Translations under genes and position numbers: made by a program
Part shown: positions 1-10,580 of the stretch, in pieces
Position numbering within the stretch: position 1 is the first letter of the stretch
Layout: every line of letters starts with the position of its first letter
Assembly (NCBI RefSeq): GCF_000014785.1
Contig: NC_008340.1
Span: 2,370,001 to 2,402,000 of the forward strand
DNA: 32,000 nucleotides
Origin: Alkalilimnicola ehrlichii MLHE-1
GTDB lineage: Bacteria; Pseudomonadota; Gammaproteobacteria; Nitrococcales; Halorhodospiraceae
Reading direction: 5' to 3'
Notes under the pieces: model-generated
Told to the model about the DNA's origin: nothing
The model's database searches: none
Seen by the model: only the letters and a program-made list of their open reading frames with translations

Positions 1-118
1 CGGCGGCATGGGGCTGATCTCCGGACGCAAGGCCTTCCAAAAGCCGACGGACAAGGGGGTGGAGCTGCTGCACGCCATCCAGGACGTTTACCTGGACGAC
101 GCCATCACGGTGGCCTGA
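1..118 (+). CDS. fbaB: 3' end of class I fructose-bisphosphate aldolase (FbaB/DhnA family), partial at window edge
   Basis: Frame 2 reads [38 protein letters not shown] and stops at TGA 116-118. This closely matches my recollection of the E. coli FbaB C-terminus (..GGMGLILGRKAFKK..GVKLINAVQDVYLDSKITIA). Only 38 codons are visible. Confidence 0.6.
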   Translation, partial: GGMGLISGRKAFQKPTDKGVELLHAIQDVYLDDAITVA

Positions 119-129
119 CCCCGCTGGCA

Positions 130-159
130 GGCACCGCCCCGGCGCACCGGGGCGGTGCC
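130..159 (+). terminator. Perfect 13-bp GC-rich hairpin after fbaB (terminator-like, no U tract)
   Basis: GGCACCGCCCCGG (130-142), loop CGCA, CCGGGGCGGTGCC (147-159). It lies 12 nt after the stop codon, and no T run follows. Confidence 0.45.
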
Positions 160-425
160 ATCCGGCGGCCCCACCGGTGGCCCTATATATAATAAGTGTC
201 GCGCTCTGTTTTAAGGCGTTTTTGCCCAACAGTTCAAACAGTTAGCGCAGACAGAAGCGCTTGCCTTTAACGGCCCCCTCCGTTATCTTGCGAGGCCGTT
301 GCCGGCACGCCTCTTTTGTGCCGACGGGACAACTCGAACAAATCATTGCCCACCTCGCCCTACAGGCGGGGCCCGGCCGGGAAGAGGGCCGGAACGGTGG
401 GCCTGCGACGGGGTAACCATCCGCC

Positions 426-2738
426 ATGCTGCTAGCCGTACTCTCGGGGTTTCTGGTGGCCATCGCCGCGCCCTGGCTGTATCAATCGCTGCAGGACCGT
501 GCCGGTTGGGTGCTGGCCTTGCTGCCGGCCGCGTTGACCGTGTATTTCGCCACCTTCCTGCCGCAGGTGATGGCCGGGGAGGCCGTGGTCATTCACTACG
601 ATTGGGTGCCGGGGCTGGAGATCAACCTCTCCTTCCTGGTGGACGGGCTGTCGTTGCTGTTCGCCCTGCTGATCAGCCTGATCGGCACCTTCATCGTGCT
701 CTACGCCAGCGCCTACCTGAAGGGCGACGAATACCTGCCGCGCTTCTATGTGCTGATCCTCGCCTTCATGGCCGCCATGCTGGGGCTGGTGCTCTCGGAC
801 AACCTGATCACCCTGTTCGTGTTCTGGGAGCTGACCAGCATTACCTCCTACATGCTGATCGGCCATAACCACGAGGACAAGGAGGCCCGCAAGTGCGCCC
901 TGCAGGGTCTGCTCGTCACCGTGGGCGGTGGGCTGGCACTGCTGGCCGGGCTGATCCTGATGGCCGGGGTGGCGGGCAGCTTCTCGCTGCACGAGATCCT
1001 CAACAGCGGTGACGTGCTCCGCGACAGCCACCTCTATCTGCCGATCCTCATCCTGGTGCTGGCGGGCTGCTTTACCAAGTCGGCCCAGGTGCCCTTCCAC
1101 TTCTGGCTGCCCAACGCCATGGCCGCGCCCACTCCGGTGTCGGCCTACCTGCACTCGGCCACCATGGTGAAGGCGGGCGTCTACCTGATGGCCCGCCTCA
1201 ACCCGAGTCTCGGCGGCACCGAGCTGTGGATGACCATCCTGCCCATCGTCGGTGCGCTGACCATGTTCACCGGCGCCTATCTGGCGGTGCGTTCCACCGG
1301 CATCAAGCGGGTGCTGGCCTATTCCACGGTCATGGCCTTGGGCACGCTGACCATGCTGGTGGGCATCGGCACCGAGACGGCCATGATCGCCTTCGCCTGC
1401 TTCCTGATGGCGCACAGCTTGTACAAGGGCGCGCTCTTCATGGTCGCCGGCGCCGTGGACCACGAGGCCGGCACCAAGGACGTGACCAAGCTGGGCGGGC
1501 TGCGGCGAAAGATGCCAGTCACCGCCACCTTTGCGGCCATCGCCGCCCTGTCGCTGGCGGGCATCCCACCGCTGTTCGGTTTCGTCGCCAAGGAGCTGAT
1601 GTTTGAATCGGTGCTGGAGGCCGGCGGCCTGGCCTTGTTCCTGTCGGTGCTGGCCATCGCCTCGGCGGTGCTGGTGATCGCGGTGGCCGCCATCGTCGCC
1701 ATCCGGCCGTTCTGGGGGCGGCTCAAGGAGACGCCAAAGAAGCCACACGAGGCGCCGCTGCCCATGCTGCTCGGCCCCATCGTGCTGGCATCGCTCTCGC
1801 TCTTTTTCGGGGTGCTGGTCTTCATCCCCGATACCCTGCTGGTCCAGGCGACGGTGCTGGCCGTGTACGGCGAGCCGGTGGAGTTCTACCTGTCCCTCTG
1901 GCACGGGATCAATGCCCCATTGTTGATGAGCCTGGCCAGCCTGCTCCTCGGTGCCCTGTTGTTCCTTAATTGGGACCGGGTGCGCGGGGCCATGGGCAAA
2001 CTGGACTGGCTCTACGACCGCGGCCCGGAGGCCGGCTACTTCAAGGTCATGGACGGGCTGGTCTGGACCGCCGACTGGCAGACCCGGGTGCTGCAGAACG
2101 GCTACCTGCGCAACTACATCCTCACCATCGTGCTTACCACCGTGGGCCTGGTGGGCTATGCGCTGTTCAGCCGCTATGACGTGAGCATGGTGGCCTTCGG
2201 TGAGATCCGGCTCCACGAGTATGCCGTGGCGGGCTTGCTGGTCGCCTCGGCCCTGTTCGCCTGTCTTACCCACTCCCGGCTGGGCGCGGTGGCCTCCGCG
2301 GGTGTCTTCGGCTTCGCCATCGCGCTGATCTTCATCCTGTTCAGCGCGCCGGACTTGGGCATCACCCAGATCCTGGTGGAGACGCTCACCGTCATCCTGC
2401 TGATCCTGGTGCTGTTCCGTCTGCCCGGGTTCATCAACTTCTCCTCGCCGGGGGCGCGCCTGCGTGATGCCGCCGTAGCCCTCTCGCTGGGCGGGCTGAT
2501 CACGCTGCTGATTCTGGCCACCGTGGAGCACCAGTTCCATCCGCCGATCTCCGAGTGGCTGATCGAGCGCAGCGTGCCGGAGGCCTACGGGCGCAACATC
2601 GTCAACGTGATCCTGGTGGACTACCGGGCGCTGGATACCCTGGGCGAGATCTTCGTGCTGGGGCTGGCCGCCATCGGCGTCTACGCCATGATCAAGTTCA
2701 AGGCCGAGGATCGCGTCAAGGACGAGAGGGAGTGCTGA
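426..2738 (+). CDS. mrpA: Na+/H+ antiporter Mrp/Mnh/Pha subunit A (NuoL-like, with fused MrpB-like C-terminal domain)
   Basis: 770-aa polytopic membrane ORF with NuoL/MrpA-type motifs ([45 protein letters not shown]). It is the first gene of a tightly packed 7-gene cluster. Confidence 0.9.
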   Translation: MLLAVLSGFLVAIAAPWLYQSLQDRAGWVLALLPAALTVYFATFLPQVMAGEAVVIHYDWVPGLEINLSFLVDGLSLLFALLISLIGTFIVLYASAYLKGDEYLPRFYVLILAFMAAMLGLVLSDNLITLFVFWELTSITSYMLIGHNHEDKEARKCALQGLLVTVGGGLALLAGLILMAGVAGSFSLHEILNSGDVLRDSHLYLPILILVLAGCFTKSAQVPFHFWLPNAMAAPTPVSAYLHSATMVKAGVYLMARLNPSLGGTELWMTILPIVGALTMFTGAYLAVRSTGIKRVLAYSTVMALGTLTMLVGIGTETAMIAFACFLMAHSLYKGALFMVAGAVDHEAGTKDVTKLGGLRRKMPVTATFAAIAALSLAGIPPLFGFVAKELMFESVLEAGGLALFLSVLAIASAVLVIAVAAIVAIRPFWGRLKETPKKPHEAPLPMLLGPIVLASLSLFFGVLVFIPDTLLVQATVLAVYGEPVEFYLSLWHGINAPLLMSLASLLLGALLFLNWDRVRGAMGKLDWLYDRGPEAGYFKVMDGLVWTADWQTRVLQNGYLRNYILTIVLTTVGLVGYALFSRYDVSMVAFGEIRLHEYAVAGLLVASALFACLTHSRLGAVASAGVFGFAIALIFILFSAPDLGITQILVETLTVILLILVLFRLPGFINFSSPGARLRDAAVALSLGGLITLLILATVEHQFHPPISEWLIERSVPEAYGRNIVNVILVDYRALDTLGEIFVLGLAAIGVYAMIKFKAEDRVKDEREC

Positions 2739-2739
2739 T

Positions 2740-3162
2740 ATGGGTCATTCACTGATTCTGCAGACGGCCGCGCGCTTCCTGCTGCCCCTGCAGTTACTGT
2801 TTTCGATCTTCCTGCTGCTGCGCGGCCACGACGAACCCGGCGGCGGGTTCATCGCCGGCCTGGTGGCCGCCGGGGCATTTGCGCTCTACCTGTTCGCCTT
2901 CGGCATCCCGGCCACCAAGCAGTTGCTGCGGGTCTCACCCCAGGATCTGTTCGGCTGGGGGCTGTTCATCGGCACCCTGGCCGCGGTGCCGCCACTGTTC
3001 ATGGGGCTCCCGCTATTCACCGCCCTGTGGTGGGACGTGCCGGTGCCGATGATCGGTGAGATCAAGCTCAACACCCCGCTGCTGTTCGACATTGGGGTTT
3101 ATCTGACGGTGCTCGGCTCGGTACTGGCCATCGTCATCGCACTGGCAGAAGCGGAGGACTGA
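2740..3162 (+). CDS. mrpB: Na+/H+ antiporter Mrp subunit B
   Basis: 140-aa membrane ORF starting 1 nt after the mrpA stop. Size and position fit the canonical mrpABCDEFG order. Confidence 0.8.
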   Translation: MGHSLILQTAARFLLPLQLLFSIFLLLRGHDEPGGGFIAGLVAAGAFALYLFAFGIPATKQLLRVSPQDLFGWGLFIGTLAAVPPLFMGLPLFTALWWDVPVPMIGEIKLNTPLLFDIGVYLTVLGSVLAIVIALAEAED

Positions 3163-3163
3163 C

Positions 3164-3511
3164 GTGGAACCACTACTCGCCATCGTGGTTGGGGCGTCCT
3201 ATGCCGCCGGCCTCTACATGATGCTCCGGCGCAGCCTGGTCAAACTGGTGATCGGGATCATCCTGTTCTCCAACGCCGCCAACCTGCTGTTCTTTACGTC
3301 CGCCGGCCTGACCCGCGGCGCGCCCCCCCTGGTCCCGGAGGGGATGCTGGGCCCGGAGGGCGCGGTGGCCGATCCGCTGCCCCAGGCCCTGGTGCTGACG
3401 GCCATCGTCATCGCCTTTGGCGTGCTGGCCTTTGCCGTGGTGCTGATCCACCGTGCCTACGAGGTGGTGAAGGCCGATGATCTGGACCAGATGAAGGATA
3501 CCGACACGTGA
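3164..3511 (+). CDS. mrpC: Na+/H+ antiporter Mrp subunit C (NuoK-like)
   Basis: 115-aa ORF with three predicted TM segments and a GTG start preceded by GCGGAGG. Typical MrpC size and position. Confidence 0.8.
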   Translation: MEPLLAIVVGASYAAGLYMMLRRSLVKLVIGIILFSNAANLLFFTSAGLTRGAPPLVPEGMLGPEGAVADPLPQALVLTAIVIAFGVLAFAVVLIHRAYEVVKADDLDQMKDTDT

Positions 3512-5013
3512 GACCCGAGGTCGCTCTTCCCATACTGATCCCGCTGCTCGCCGGCTCCTTCTCGCTGGTGGTGTGGCGCTCCGTGGTGCTGCAGCGCTGG
3601 ATCGCCGTGCTCGGCACCGGTGCCCTGCTCTATGTCAGTGTCTGGCTGCTCATGACCACCCACCGCGAAGGCCACGTGGTGATGGAAATGGGCAACTGGC
3701 CGGCGCCGTTCGGCATCGTCTTCGTCGCCGACCTGCTGGGCGCCATCATGGTGGTGCTCACCGGCATCATGGGCTTTGCCGTGGCGCTCTACTCGCTGGC
3801 CACCACCGGCAAGGGCCACGAGAAGTTCGGCTATTTCCCGCTCATGCACCTGCTGCTAGCGGGGGTGGCCGGCGCCTTCCTGACCGGCGACATCTTCAAC
3901 ATGTTCGTTTGGTTCGAGGTGATGCTGATCGCCTCCTTCGCGCTGCTCATACTCGGCGGTGAGCGGGCGCAAATGGAGGGGGCCATCAAGTACGTCACCC
4001 TGAACCTGATCTCCTCCATGATCTTCCTCACCGCCATCGGGCTGCTCTACGGCTTGGTGGGCACACTGAACATGGCGGATATCGCCTACAAGCTGCAGGA
4101 GGTGGAGGAGCCCGGTCTGGTCACCGTGATCGGGATGCTATTCATGATCTCCTTCGGGGTGAAGGCCGGTGCCTTCCCGCTCTTCTTCTGGCTGCCGGCC
4201 TCCTACCACACCCCGCCGGTGGCGGTCTCGGCGCTGTTCGCCGGCCTGCTCACCAAGGTGGGTGTCTACGCCTTGTTCCGGGTGTTCACGCTGATCTTCA
4301 ACCAGGACGTGGAGTTCACCCACAACATCCTGCTATGGGGCGCGGCGCTGACCATGCTCACCGGTGTGCTGGGCGCGGCCGCACAGTTCGAATTCCGCCG
4401 CATCCTGAGCTTCCACATCATCAGTCAGATCGGCTACATGATCATGGGTGTGGCGCTGTACACACCGCTGGCCATCGTCGGCGGGGTGTTCTACATCATG
4501 CACCACATCATCGTGAAGACGAACCTGTTCCTGGTGGCGGGCGTGGCCTACCGTCTGCTGGGCAGTTACGAGCTGAAGGACCTGGGCGGGCTCTATCGCA
4601 AGCGGCCCTTCCTGGGCGTGTTATTCCTCATCCCGGCACTTTCGCTGGCCGGGCTGCCGCCGCTCTCCGGCTTCTTTGCCAAGTTTGTCATCATCCGCGC
4701 CGGTCTTGAGGCCGAGGAGTGGGTGGTCACCGGTATCGCCCTGCTGGTGGGCCTGTTGACGCTCTACTCCATGATCAAGATCTGGGCCGAGGCGTTCTGG
4801 AAGGCGGTGCCCGAGCACAACCAGAACGCCCACCGACTGGAGAGCCAGGACACCCAGTTGTGGCTGATGTACACACCGATCATCGGCCTGGCGCTGTGCA
4901 CGCTGTTCATCGGCCTTTACGGCCAGCCCATCTACGAGCTGGCGGCCGCCTCCGCCGAGCAGCTGATCGACCCGAGCCAGTACATTGAAGCCGTTCTGGG
5001 GGTGCAGCCATGA
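3508..5013 (+). CDS. mrpD: Na+/H+ antiporter Mrp subunit D (NuoM/N-like)
   Basis: 501-aa ORF whose start overlaps the mrpC stop (GTGA). It carries the proton-pumping-subunit motif [34 protein letters not shown]. Confidence 0.9.
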   Translation: MRPEVALPILIPLLAGSFSLVVWRSVVLQRWIAVLGTGALLYVSVWLLMTTHREGHVVMEMGNWPAPFGIVFVADLLGAIMVVLTGIMGFAVALYSLATTGKGHEKFGYFPLMHLLLAGVAGAFLTGDIFNMFVWFEVMLIASFALLILGGERAQMEGAIKYVTLNLISSMIFLTAIGLLYGLVGTLNMADIAYKLQEVEEPGLVTVIGMLFMISFGVKAGAFPLFFWLPASYHTPPVAVSALFAGLLTKVGVYALFRVFTLIFNQDVEFTHNILLWGAALTMLTGVLGAAAQFEFRRILSFHIISQIGYMIMGVALYTPLAIVGGVFYIMHHIIVKTNLFLVAGVAYRLLGSYELKDLGGLYRKRPFLGVLFLIPALSLAGLPPLSGFFAKFVIIRAGLEAEEWVVTGIALLVGLLTLYSMIKIWAEAFWKAVPEHNQNAHRLESQDTQLWLMYTPIIGLALCTLFIGLYGQPIYELAAASAEQLIDPSQYIEAVLGVQP

Positions 5014-5489
5014 TCGGATTTGCCTGGAATATCCTGCTCGGCCTCGCCTGGGTGGCGCTGACCGGAAACTTCAGCGGCCCCAACCTGTTTTTGGGCCTGC
5101 TGCTGGGTTACCTGGCACTGGCCATGATTCAGTCCCAGCTACCGATCCTGCAGGGCTACGCCCAGCGCGCACCACGGGTGATCGGCTTCGTCTTCTTCTT
5201 CATCGGTGAACTGATCAAGGCCAACATGCGCGTGGCCCAGGACGTGATCCGCCCGGAGATGGAAAAGGCCATCTCCCCCGGCGTGATCGCCTTCCCGCTG
5301 GAGGCCCGCAGCGATGTGGAGATCACCTTCCTGGCCAACGCCATCTCCCTGACACCGGGGACGCTGAGCCTGGACGTCTCCGATGACCGGCGGGTGCTCT
5401 ATATCCACGCCATGTACATGGCCGACGAGGCCGCTCTGCTGGACGACATCAAGAACATGGAGCGCCGGGTCCTCAGGATCCTGCGTTGA
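5010..5489 (+). CDS. mrpE: Na+/H+ antiporter Mrp subunit E
   Basis: 159-aa ORF with an ATGA overlap onto mrpD. It has an N-terminal TM pair followed by a soluble domain, the typical MrpE layout. Confidence 0.8.
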   Translation: MIGFAWNILLGLAWVALTGNFSGPNLFLGLLLGYLALAMIQSQLPILQGYAQRAPRVIGFVFFFIGELIKANMRVAQDVIRPEMEKAISPGVIAFPLEARSDVEITFLANAISLTPGTLSLDVSDDRRVLYIHAMYMADEAALLDDIKNMERRVLRILR

Positions 5490-5500
5490 GGTGAGCCGGA

Positions 5501-5773
5501 ATGCTGGATACCGTGATCGTCATCGTTTACCTGATGCTCGCAACGGCGCTCATCCTGAGCTTCGTGCGGCTGGCCAAGGGCCCGAGCCTGCCCGACCGAG
5601 TAGTGGCCCTGGAGCTGGTGGCCTCCATCGTCATGGGCATGATCGCCGTCTACACCATCGACACCGGCGTGGACAAATTCCTGGATGTCGCCGTGGTAAT
5701 GGCCCTGATGGCCTTCCTCGCCGCCATCGGCTTTGCCCGCTACCTTGAGAAGGGAGGTGAGCGCGATGACTGA
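5501..5773 (+). CDS. mrpF: Na+/H+ antiporter Mrp subunit F
   Basis: 90-aa membrane ORF with three predicted TM segments, preceded by GAGGTGAG. Correct position in the operon. Confidence 0.8.
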   Translation: MLDTVIVIVYLMLATALILSFVRLAKGPSLPDRVVALELVASIVMGMIAVYTIDTGVDKFLDVAVVMALMAFLAAIGFARYLEKGGERDD

Positions 5774-6185
5774 ATTCCTTTCCACCCTGTCCACCCTGTT
5801 GGTGGCCCTGCTGCTGTTGGCTGGCGGGGGGTTCATGATCCTGGCGGCGGTGGGCATCCTCCGCCTGCCCGACCTGCCCACCCGGATGCACGCCTCCACC
5901 AAGGCCGGTGCGCTGGGCGCCAGCCTCACCATGCTCGCCGTGGCCTTTTACCTGCCCGAGGGGGCGATCGTGGCGCGGGCGCTGGCCGTTATCGTCTTCA
6001 TCCTGCTCACCGCACCGGTGGCGGCGCACGTCATCGGCCGCGCCGGCTACTTCGTCGGCGTACCACTCTGGGAGGGCACGGTGAAAGACGAACTAAAAAA
6101 GCACTACGACCCGGAGAGTCACGGCCTGGAGAGCGGGTTCGAAGGCCCTCCGGGCGAGACCGGCACTGAGCCTCGCCGCGACTGA
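5766..6185 (+). CDS. mrpG: Na+/H+ antiporter Mrp subunit G
   Basis: The track ORF runs 5733..6185. I prefer the ATG at 5766 (MTEFLSTL..), which overlaps the mrpF stop and follows GGGAGGTGAG. The product is a membrane protein with a charged C-terminal tail. Confidence 0.75.
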   Translation: MTEFLSTLSTLLVALLLLAGGGFMILAAVGILRLPDLPTRMHASTKAGALGASLTMLAVAFYLPEGAIVARALAVIVFILLTAPVAAHVIGRAGYFVGVPLWEGTVKDELKKHYDPESHGLESGFEGPPGETGTEPRRD

Positions 6186-6198
6186 GCCGCTGATAGAT

Positions 6199-7056
6199 AT
6201 GTGCCCAACCAACGTCAGACCTCAGCCCCCGGCCGCCGAGCAGATCCAGGCCGACGTCACCCGGGCGCTGGAGGAGGACCTTGGAACCGGCGATGTCACC
6301 GCCGAGCTGGTGCCACGAAACGCCTGGGCCCAGGGTCAGGTGATCTGCCGCGAGCAGGCGGTGCTCTGCGGCCACCACTGGTTCGACGAGGTCTTTCGCC
6401 AACTGGACGACCGGGTGGAGATCCACTGGGCCGCCGGCGAGGGCCAGCGCCTGACCCCGGACCAGCCGGTCTGCACCTTCGCCGGGCCGGCGCGGGCGCT
6501 GCTCTCCGGTGAGCGCACGGCGCTGAACTTCCTCCAGACCCTGTCCGCTACCGCCACCCAGGCCCGGCACTTCGTCGACCTCGTGGCCGGCACCCATGCC
6601 CGCATACTGGACACCCGCAAGACCCTGCCCGGCCTCCGTGCCGCGCAGAAGTACGCCACCCGCTGCGGCGGCGCCCTCAACCACCGCCAGGGACTGTACG
6701 ACGCCATTCTGATCAAGGAGAACCACATCCTGGCCTGTGGCTCCATCGCCGCCGCCGTGGCCGCCGCCCGCGAGCGTGCGCCGGAGTTGCCGGTGGAAGT
6801 GGAGGTGGAGACCCTGCAGGAGCTGGAACAGGCCCTGGCCGCCGAAGCCGACACCATCATGCTCGACAACTTCAGTCTGGCCGACGTGGAGCGCGCCGTT
6901 GCCCTCACCGCGCGGCGCTCGAAGCTGGAGGCCTCCGGCAACCTGGGCGAGCAGGGACTGCGCGAGCTGGCCGGCACCGGGGTGGACTACATCTCCATCG
7001 GTGCGATCACCAAGCACGTGCGCGCCGTGGACTATTCGCTGCGTCTCAGGCTCTAG
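6199..7056 (+). CDS. nadC: Nicotinate-nucleotide diphosphorylase (quinolinate phosphoribosyltransferase)
   Basis: 285-aa ORF alignable end to end with remembered E. coli NadC ([53 protein letters not shown]). Confidence 0.93.
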   Translation: MCPTNVRPQPPAAEQIQADVTRALEEDLGTGDVTAELVPRNAWAQGQVICREQAVLCGHHWFDEVFRQLDDRVEIHWAAGEGQRLTPDQPVCTFAGPARALLSGERTALNFLQTLSATATQARHFVDLVAGTHARILDTRKTLPGLRAAQKYATRCGGALNHRQGLYDAILIKENHILACGSIAAAVAAARERAPELPVEVEVETLQELEQALAAEADTIMLDNFSLADVERAVALTARRSKLEASGNLGEQGLRELAGTGVDYISIGAITKHVRAVDYSLRLRL

Positions 7057-7064
7057 GCCCCGCC

Positions 7065-7223
7065 ATGCGCACCCTGCTCATTGGCGTCATCTTCATCCTG
7101 CTGTTGCTCATCGCCGCCGAGTTCCTGATGGCCAACGACCGGCGCAGCGCTGCCCGCGTGCTGCGCTGGACGGCCGTGGCGGTCGCCGTGCTGCTGGCGG
7201 CCGGGCTGCTCACCTGGGTTTAG
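7065..7223 (+). CDS. Hypothetical 52-aa two-TM membrane peptide (below the ORF-track size cut-off)
   Basis: ATG 7065 to TAG 7221-7223 encodes [52 protein letters not shown], two hydrophobic helices joined by a basic loop. There is no clear SD, so coding status is unproven. Confidence 0.35.
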   Translation: MRTLLIGVIFILLLLIAAEFLMANDRRSAARVLRWTAVAVAVLLAAGLLTWV

Positions 7224-7240
7224 CCCACCGCCACCCGGTC

Positions 7241-7269
7241 TTGGAATACCCGCGCCCCTGGCTGATAAT
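7241..7269 (+). promoter_or_regulatory. Candidate sigma70 promoter for ettA
   Basis: TTGGAA (7241-7246), a 17-nt spacer, then GATAAT (7264-7269), about 75 nt upstream of the ettA ATG. Confidence 0.45.
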
Positions 7270-7345
7270 GCCCGGTTCACACCAACCCCTGGAGTCCGGA
7301 CCGCCCCGTGGCGGGCCCGGCTCACCAGCAACCGGACGGAGTCCC

Positions 7346-9013
7346 ATGGCGCAGTACATCTACACCATGAACCGGGTGAGCAAGATCGTGCCGCCCAAGA
7401 AGACCATCCTTAAGGACATCTCGCTGTCCTTCTTCCCGGGCGCCAAGATCGGCGTGCTGGGGCTCAACGGCTCCGGCAAATCCACCCTGCTGCGGATCAT
7501 GGCCGGTGTGGACCAGGAGTTCGAGGGTGAGGCCCGCGCCCAGCCTGGCACCAAGATCGGCTACCTCCCGCAGGAGCCCCAGCTGGACGACAGCAAGGAT
7601 GTGCGGGGCAACGTCGAGGAGGGCGTGGCCGAGATCAAGGCACTGTTGACCCGCTTCGACGAGATCTCCGCGAAGTTTGCCGAGCCGGACGCCGATTTTG
7701 AGGCACTGATGGCCGAGCAGGCCAAGCTCCAGGACCGTATCGATGCCACCGGTGCCTGGGAGCTGGAACGCAAGCTCGAACAAGCCGCCGACGCCCTCCG
7801 GCTGCCACCCTGGGAGGCGGACGTCAGCAAGCTATCCGGCGGTGAGCGCCGCCGTGTGGCGCTCTGCCGCCTGCTGCTCTCGGCCCCTGACATGCTCCTG
7901 CTGGACGAGCCCACCAACCACCTGGACGCCGAATCGGTGGCCTGGCTGGAGCGGTTCCTGGCGGAGTTCCCGGGCACCGTGGTGGCCGTCACCCACGACC
8001 GCTACTTCCTTGATAATGTCGCCGGCTGGATCCTGGAGCTGGACCGCGGCCACGGCATCCCCTGGGAGGGCAACTACAGCTCCTGGCTGGAGCAGAAGGA
8101 GAAGCGCCTGGAGCAGGAGGCCAAACAGGAGGCCGCCCACCGCCGCAGCATGAAGGCCGAGCTGGAGTGGGTGCGCAGCAACCCCAAGGGCCGCCAGGCC
8201 AAGAGCAAGGCGCGCCTGGCCCGCTTCGAGGAGCTACAGAGCCAGGAGTTCCAGAAGCGCAACGAGACCCAGGAGCTCTACATCCCGCCGGGTCCGCGCC
8301 TGGGCAACAAGGTCATCATCGCCGATGGCGTCAGCAAGGCCTTTGGCGATCAGCTGCTGTATGAGGACCTGAGCTTCAACCTGCCCCCGGGCGGCATCGT
8401 GGGCATCATCGGCCCCAATGGGGCCGGTAAGACGACGCTGTTCCGCATGATCACCGGTCAGGACGAGCCGGACAGCGGCCGCATTGAGGTCGGGGACACA
8501 GTGGAACTCGCCTACGTGGACCAGTCCCGCGACAGCCTGGATGGCAGCAAGACCGTCTGGGAAGAGATCTCCGACGGTCTGGATATCATCAAGGTGGGCA
8601 AATACGAGACCCCGTCCCGCGCCTACGTGGGCCGGTTCAACTTCAAGGGCTCGGACCAGCAGAAGTACATCGGGGATCTGTCCGGCGGTGAGCGTAACCG
8701 CGTGCACCTGGCCAAGCTGCTCCGCAGCGGCGGCAATACCCTGCTGTTGGACGAGCCCACCAACGACCTGGACGTGGAGACCCTGCGCGCCCTGGAAGAG
8801 GCCCTGCTCGCCTTCCCCGGCTGCGCCATGGTCATCTCCCACGACCGTTGGTTCCTGGACCGGATCGCCACCCACATCCTCGCCTTTGAGGGCGACAGCC
8901 AGGTGACCTGGTTCGAGGGGAACTACCAGGAGTACGAGGCGGACCGCAAGAAGCGGCTGGGCGACGAGGCCCTCAACCCCCACCGTATCAAGTACCGGCG
9001 ATTGGGGACCTGA
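7346..9013 (+). CDS. ettA: Energy-dependent translational throttle protein EttA (ABC-F ATPase)
   Basis: The track ORF (6737..9013) has a long non-homologous N-terminal extension. From ATG 7346 ([54 protein letters not shown]) the 555-aa product is near-colinear with remembered E. coli EttA. It has two Walker A sites ([18 protein letters not shown]) and two LSGGER signatures. Confidence 0.95.
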   Translation: MAQYIYTMNRVSKIVPPKKTILKDISLSFFPGAKIGVLGLNGSGKSTLLRIMAGVDQEFEGEARAQPGTKIGYLPQEPQLDDSKDVRGNVEEGVAEIKALLTRFDEISAKFAEPDADFEALMAEQAKLQDRIDATGAWELERKLEQAADALRLPPWEADVSKLSGGERRRVALCRLLLSAPDMLLLDEPTNHLDAESVAWLERFLAEFPGTVVAVTHDRYFLDNVAGWILELDRGHGIPWEGNYSSWLEQKEKRLEQEAKQEAAHRRSMKAELEWVRSNPKGRQAKSKARLARFEELQSQEFQKRNETQELYIPPGPRLGNKVIIADGVSKAFGDQLLYEDLSFNLPPGGIVGIIGPNGAGKTTLFRMITGQDEPDSGRIEVGDTVELAYVDQSRDSLDGSKTVWEEISDGLDIIKVGKYETPSRAYVGRFNFKGSDQQKYIGDLSGGERNRVHLAKLLRSGGNTLLLDEPTNDLDVETLRALEEALLAFPGCAMVISHDRWFLDRIATHILAFEGDSQVTWFEGNYQEYEADRKKRLGDEALNPHRIKYRRLGT

Positions 9014-9017
9014 CGGT

Positions 9018-9037
9018 GGCATGGCCGGCGCCATGCC
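9018..9037 (+). terminator. Hairpin just after the ettA stop (terminator-like)
   Basis: GGCATGGC, loop CGGC, GCCATGCC, beginning 5 nt after TGA 9011-9013. No U tract follows. Confidence 0.35.
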
Positions 9038-9202
9038 CTCGCGCCGGGCGCCGGCCGTCCCATCTGACCACGCCCCGGACCGTCCCTGGTCCGAGGTCGG
9101 GGGTCGCTGCCGCCGGGTGGTTCAGTGTGCCTGATGGATCTTCTCGCGGTTCAGTGTGCGGCTCCACGGCAGGCCGCACTCGGCTCAACGGCGGGCGTGA
9201 TG

Positions 9203-9211
9203 TGGTATAAC
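9203..9211 (+). promoter_or_regulatory. Candidate extended -10 promoter element for purU
   Basis: TGgTATAAC (TGn plus TATAAC) lies 50 nt upstream of the purU ATG. The -35 region is poor. Confidence 0.3.
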
Positions 9212-9260
9212 GCTGGGGCGAAACAACCCGGTCAAAAACACAACCCCATCGAGCCCCGCC

Positions 9261-10130
9261 ATGAGTGATACCGCCAGTCGCACCGCCATCCTGCTCATCC
9301 ACTGCCCGGATCGGCGCGGCATCGTCGCCGCCATCAGCCGCTTCCTGTCGGAACACGGCGGCAACATTGTCGACCTGGACCAGCACGTGGATGTGGAACA
9401 GGGCGTCTTCTTTATGCGGGCCGAATGGGAGTTGAAGGGGTTTGCCCTACCCGCCGACGGTATCGCCGAGGCCTTCCGCCGGCAGCTGGCCGAGCCCTTC
9501 GAGATGACCTGGCGGCTGCACTTCTCGGATGAACGGCCGCGCATGGCGCTCTTCGTCTCGCGGCTGGCGCACTGCCTTTACGACCTGCTGGCCCGCTGGC
9601 AAACCGGCGAGCTGGCGGTGGACATCCCCCTGATCATCAGCAACCACCCGGACCTGCGACCGGTGGCCGAGCGCTTCGGCATCGACTACTACCACCTGCC
9701 GGTCACGCCGGACACCAAGGCCAAGGTGGAACGCCAACAGAACGACCTGCTGGCCGAGTACCGGGTCGACTTCGCGGTGCTGGCCCGCTACATGCAGATC
9801 CTGTCGGCCGATTTCATCCACGCCTGGCCGGAGCGCATTATCAACATCCACCACTCCTTCCTGCCGGCCTTCGCCGGGGCCCGGCCCTACCACGCGGCCC
9901 ATGAGCGCGGGGTGAAGATCATCGGTGCCACCAGCCATTACGTCACCGAGGACCTGGACGCCGGCCCGATCATTGAGCAGGACGTCACCCGGGTGACGCA
10001 CCGCGACGCGGTCAGCGACCTGGTGCGCAAGGGGCGTGACCTGGAGCAGCTGGTGCTGGCACGTGCCGTATGGCTGCATGTGCAACGCAAGACCTTGGTC
10101 TACCAGAACCGCACGGTGGTGTTCGACTGA
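9261..10130 (+). CDS. purU: Formyltetrahydrofolate deformylase
   Basis: 289-aa ORF with an N-terminal ACT-like domain (ILLIHCPDRRGIVAAISRFL) and a formyltransferase core (NIHHSFLPAFAGARPYHAA, GVKIIGATSHYVTEDLDAGPII). Confidence 0.9.
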   Translation: MSDTASRTAILLIHCPDRRGIVAAISRFLSEHGGNIVDLDQHVDVEQGVFFMRAEWELKGFALPADGIAEAFRRQLAEPFEMTWRLHFSDERPRMALFVSRLAHCLYDLLARWQTGELAVDIPLIISNHPDLRPVAERFGIDYYHLPVTPDTKAKVERQQNDLLAEYRVDFAVLARYMQILSADFIHAWPERIINIHHSFLPAFAGARPYHAAHERGVKIIGATSHYVTEDLDAGPIIEQDVTRVTHRDAVSDLVRKGRDLEQLVLARAVWLHVQRKTLVYQNRTVVFD

Positions 10131-10175
10131 GCCTGAATCGGGAAATATGCGCGGCTGTTGTCTACCTTTGGGAGT

Positions 10176-10193
10176 AACGGCCTCCGGGCCGTT
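10176..10193 (+). terminator. 7-bp hairpin downstream of purU
   Basis: AACGGCC, loop TCCG, GGCCGTT. The T tract is weak or absent. Confidence 0.3.
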
Positions 10194-10235
10194 GGGTCCG
10201 CTGACGAACACCCCCACTCCGAGAGGAACGCATTT

Positions 10236-10451
10236 ATGGCACAGACCGTGACCGCTGCATACGAGAGCGAAGAGGCCGCCCGCAATGCGGTCGATGAACT
10301 GATCTCCGATGGTTATGACCAGGAGAAGGTCTTTCTCGACAAGGAGAACATCCAGGTGAAGGTGATGGTGCCGGACAGTGGGCAGCGCGAGGCCGAGGAG
10401 ATCCTCAAGCGCCATAGCCCGAAAGATGTCTGGGCCCGCCCCGTCCAATAA
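10236..10451 (+). CDS. Hypothetical small acidic protein (71 aa)
   Basis: The track ORF is 10158..10451. I prefer the ATG at 10236, preceded by GAGAGGAA, giving MAQTVTAAYESEEAARNAVDELISDGYDQEKVFLDKENIQVKVMV.. . I do not recognise a family; it loosely resembles small stress-protein domains. Confidence 0.5.
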   Translation: MAQTVTAAYESEEAARNAVDELISDGYDQEKVFLDKENIQVKVMVPDSGQREAEEILKRHSPKDVWARPVQ

Positions 10452-10469
10452 TCCAGCCTAAGAAGGGAC

Positions 10470-10501
10470 GCCCCTGGCGGTACACAGACACCGGCAGGGG
10501 C
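10470..10501. terminator. Hairpin between the convergent small ORF and metY (possible bidirectional terminator)
   Basis: GCCCCTGGCGG (10470-10480) pairs with CCGGCAGGGGC (10491-10501) with one mismatch and a 10-nt loop. Confidence 0.4.
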
Positions 10502-10580
10502 GCTTGCAGGACCCGGGACCACCCGGCCCTGATGGCGACGGGCCCATAGGTCTGCTTTTTAGGGGTCTATTTCTCGGGGG

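Noticed and set aside
432-2540. 702-aa minus-strand ORF antisense to mrpA. Similar long antisense or out-of-frame ORFs: 6031..7017(-), 9447..10448(-), 11259..11957(+), 12299..14326(-), 15742..17058(-), 18715..19815(-), 21510..22898(+), 25051..25992(-), 26430..27359(-), 27366..28154(-), 29272..30231(-), 30881..31774(-).
   Set aside because: Their translations are low-complexity and rich in Arg/Gly/His/Gln/Asp/Pro, with no recognisable motifs. Each one fully overlaps a confidently identified gene on the other strand or frame. Long stop-free antisense frames are expected at this GC content.
6737-7345. N-terminal extensions of track ORFs: ettA from 6737, nrdA from 12305, the acetoacetyl-CoA synthetase gene to 23600, cysH from 30641, mrpG from 5733, the small ORF from 10158, and the thioesterase gene from 29179.
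   Set aside because: The extensions overlap upstream genes or regulatory RNA, are Arg/Pro-rich, and lack homology. Internal ATG or GTG codons with good SD sequences align with the N-termini of known orthologues.
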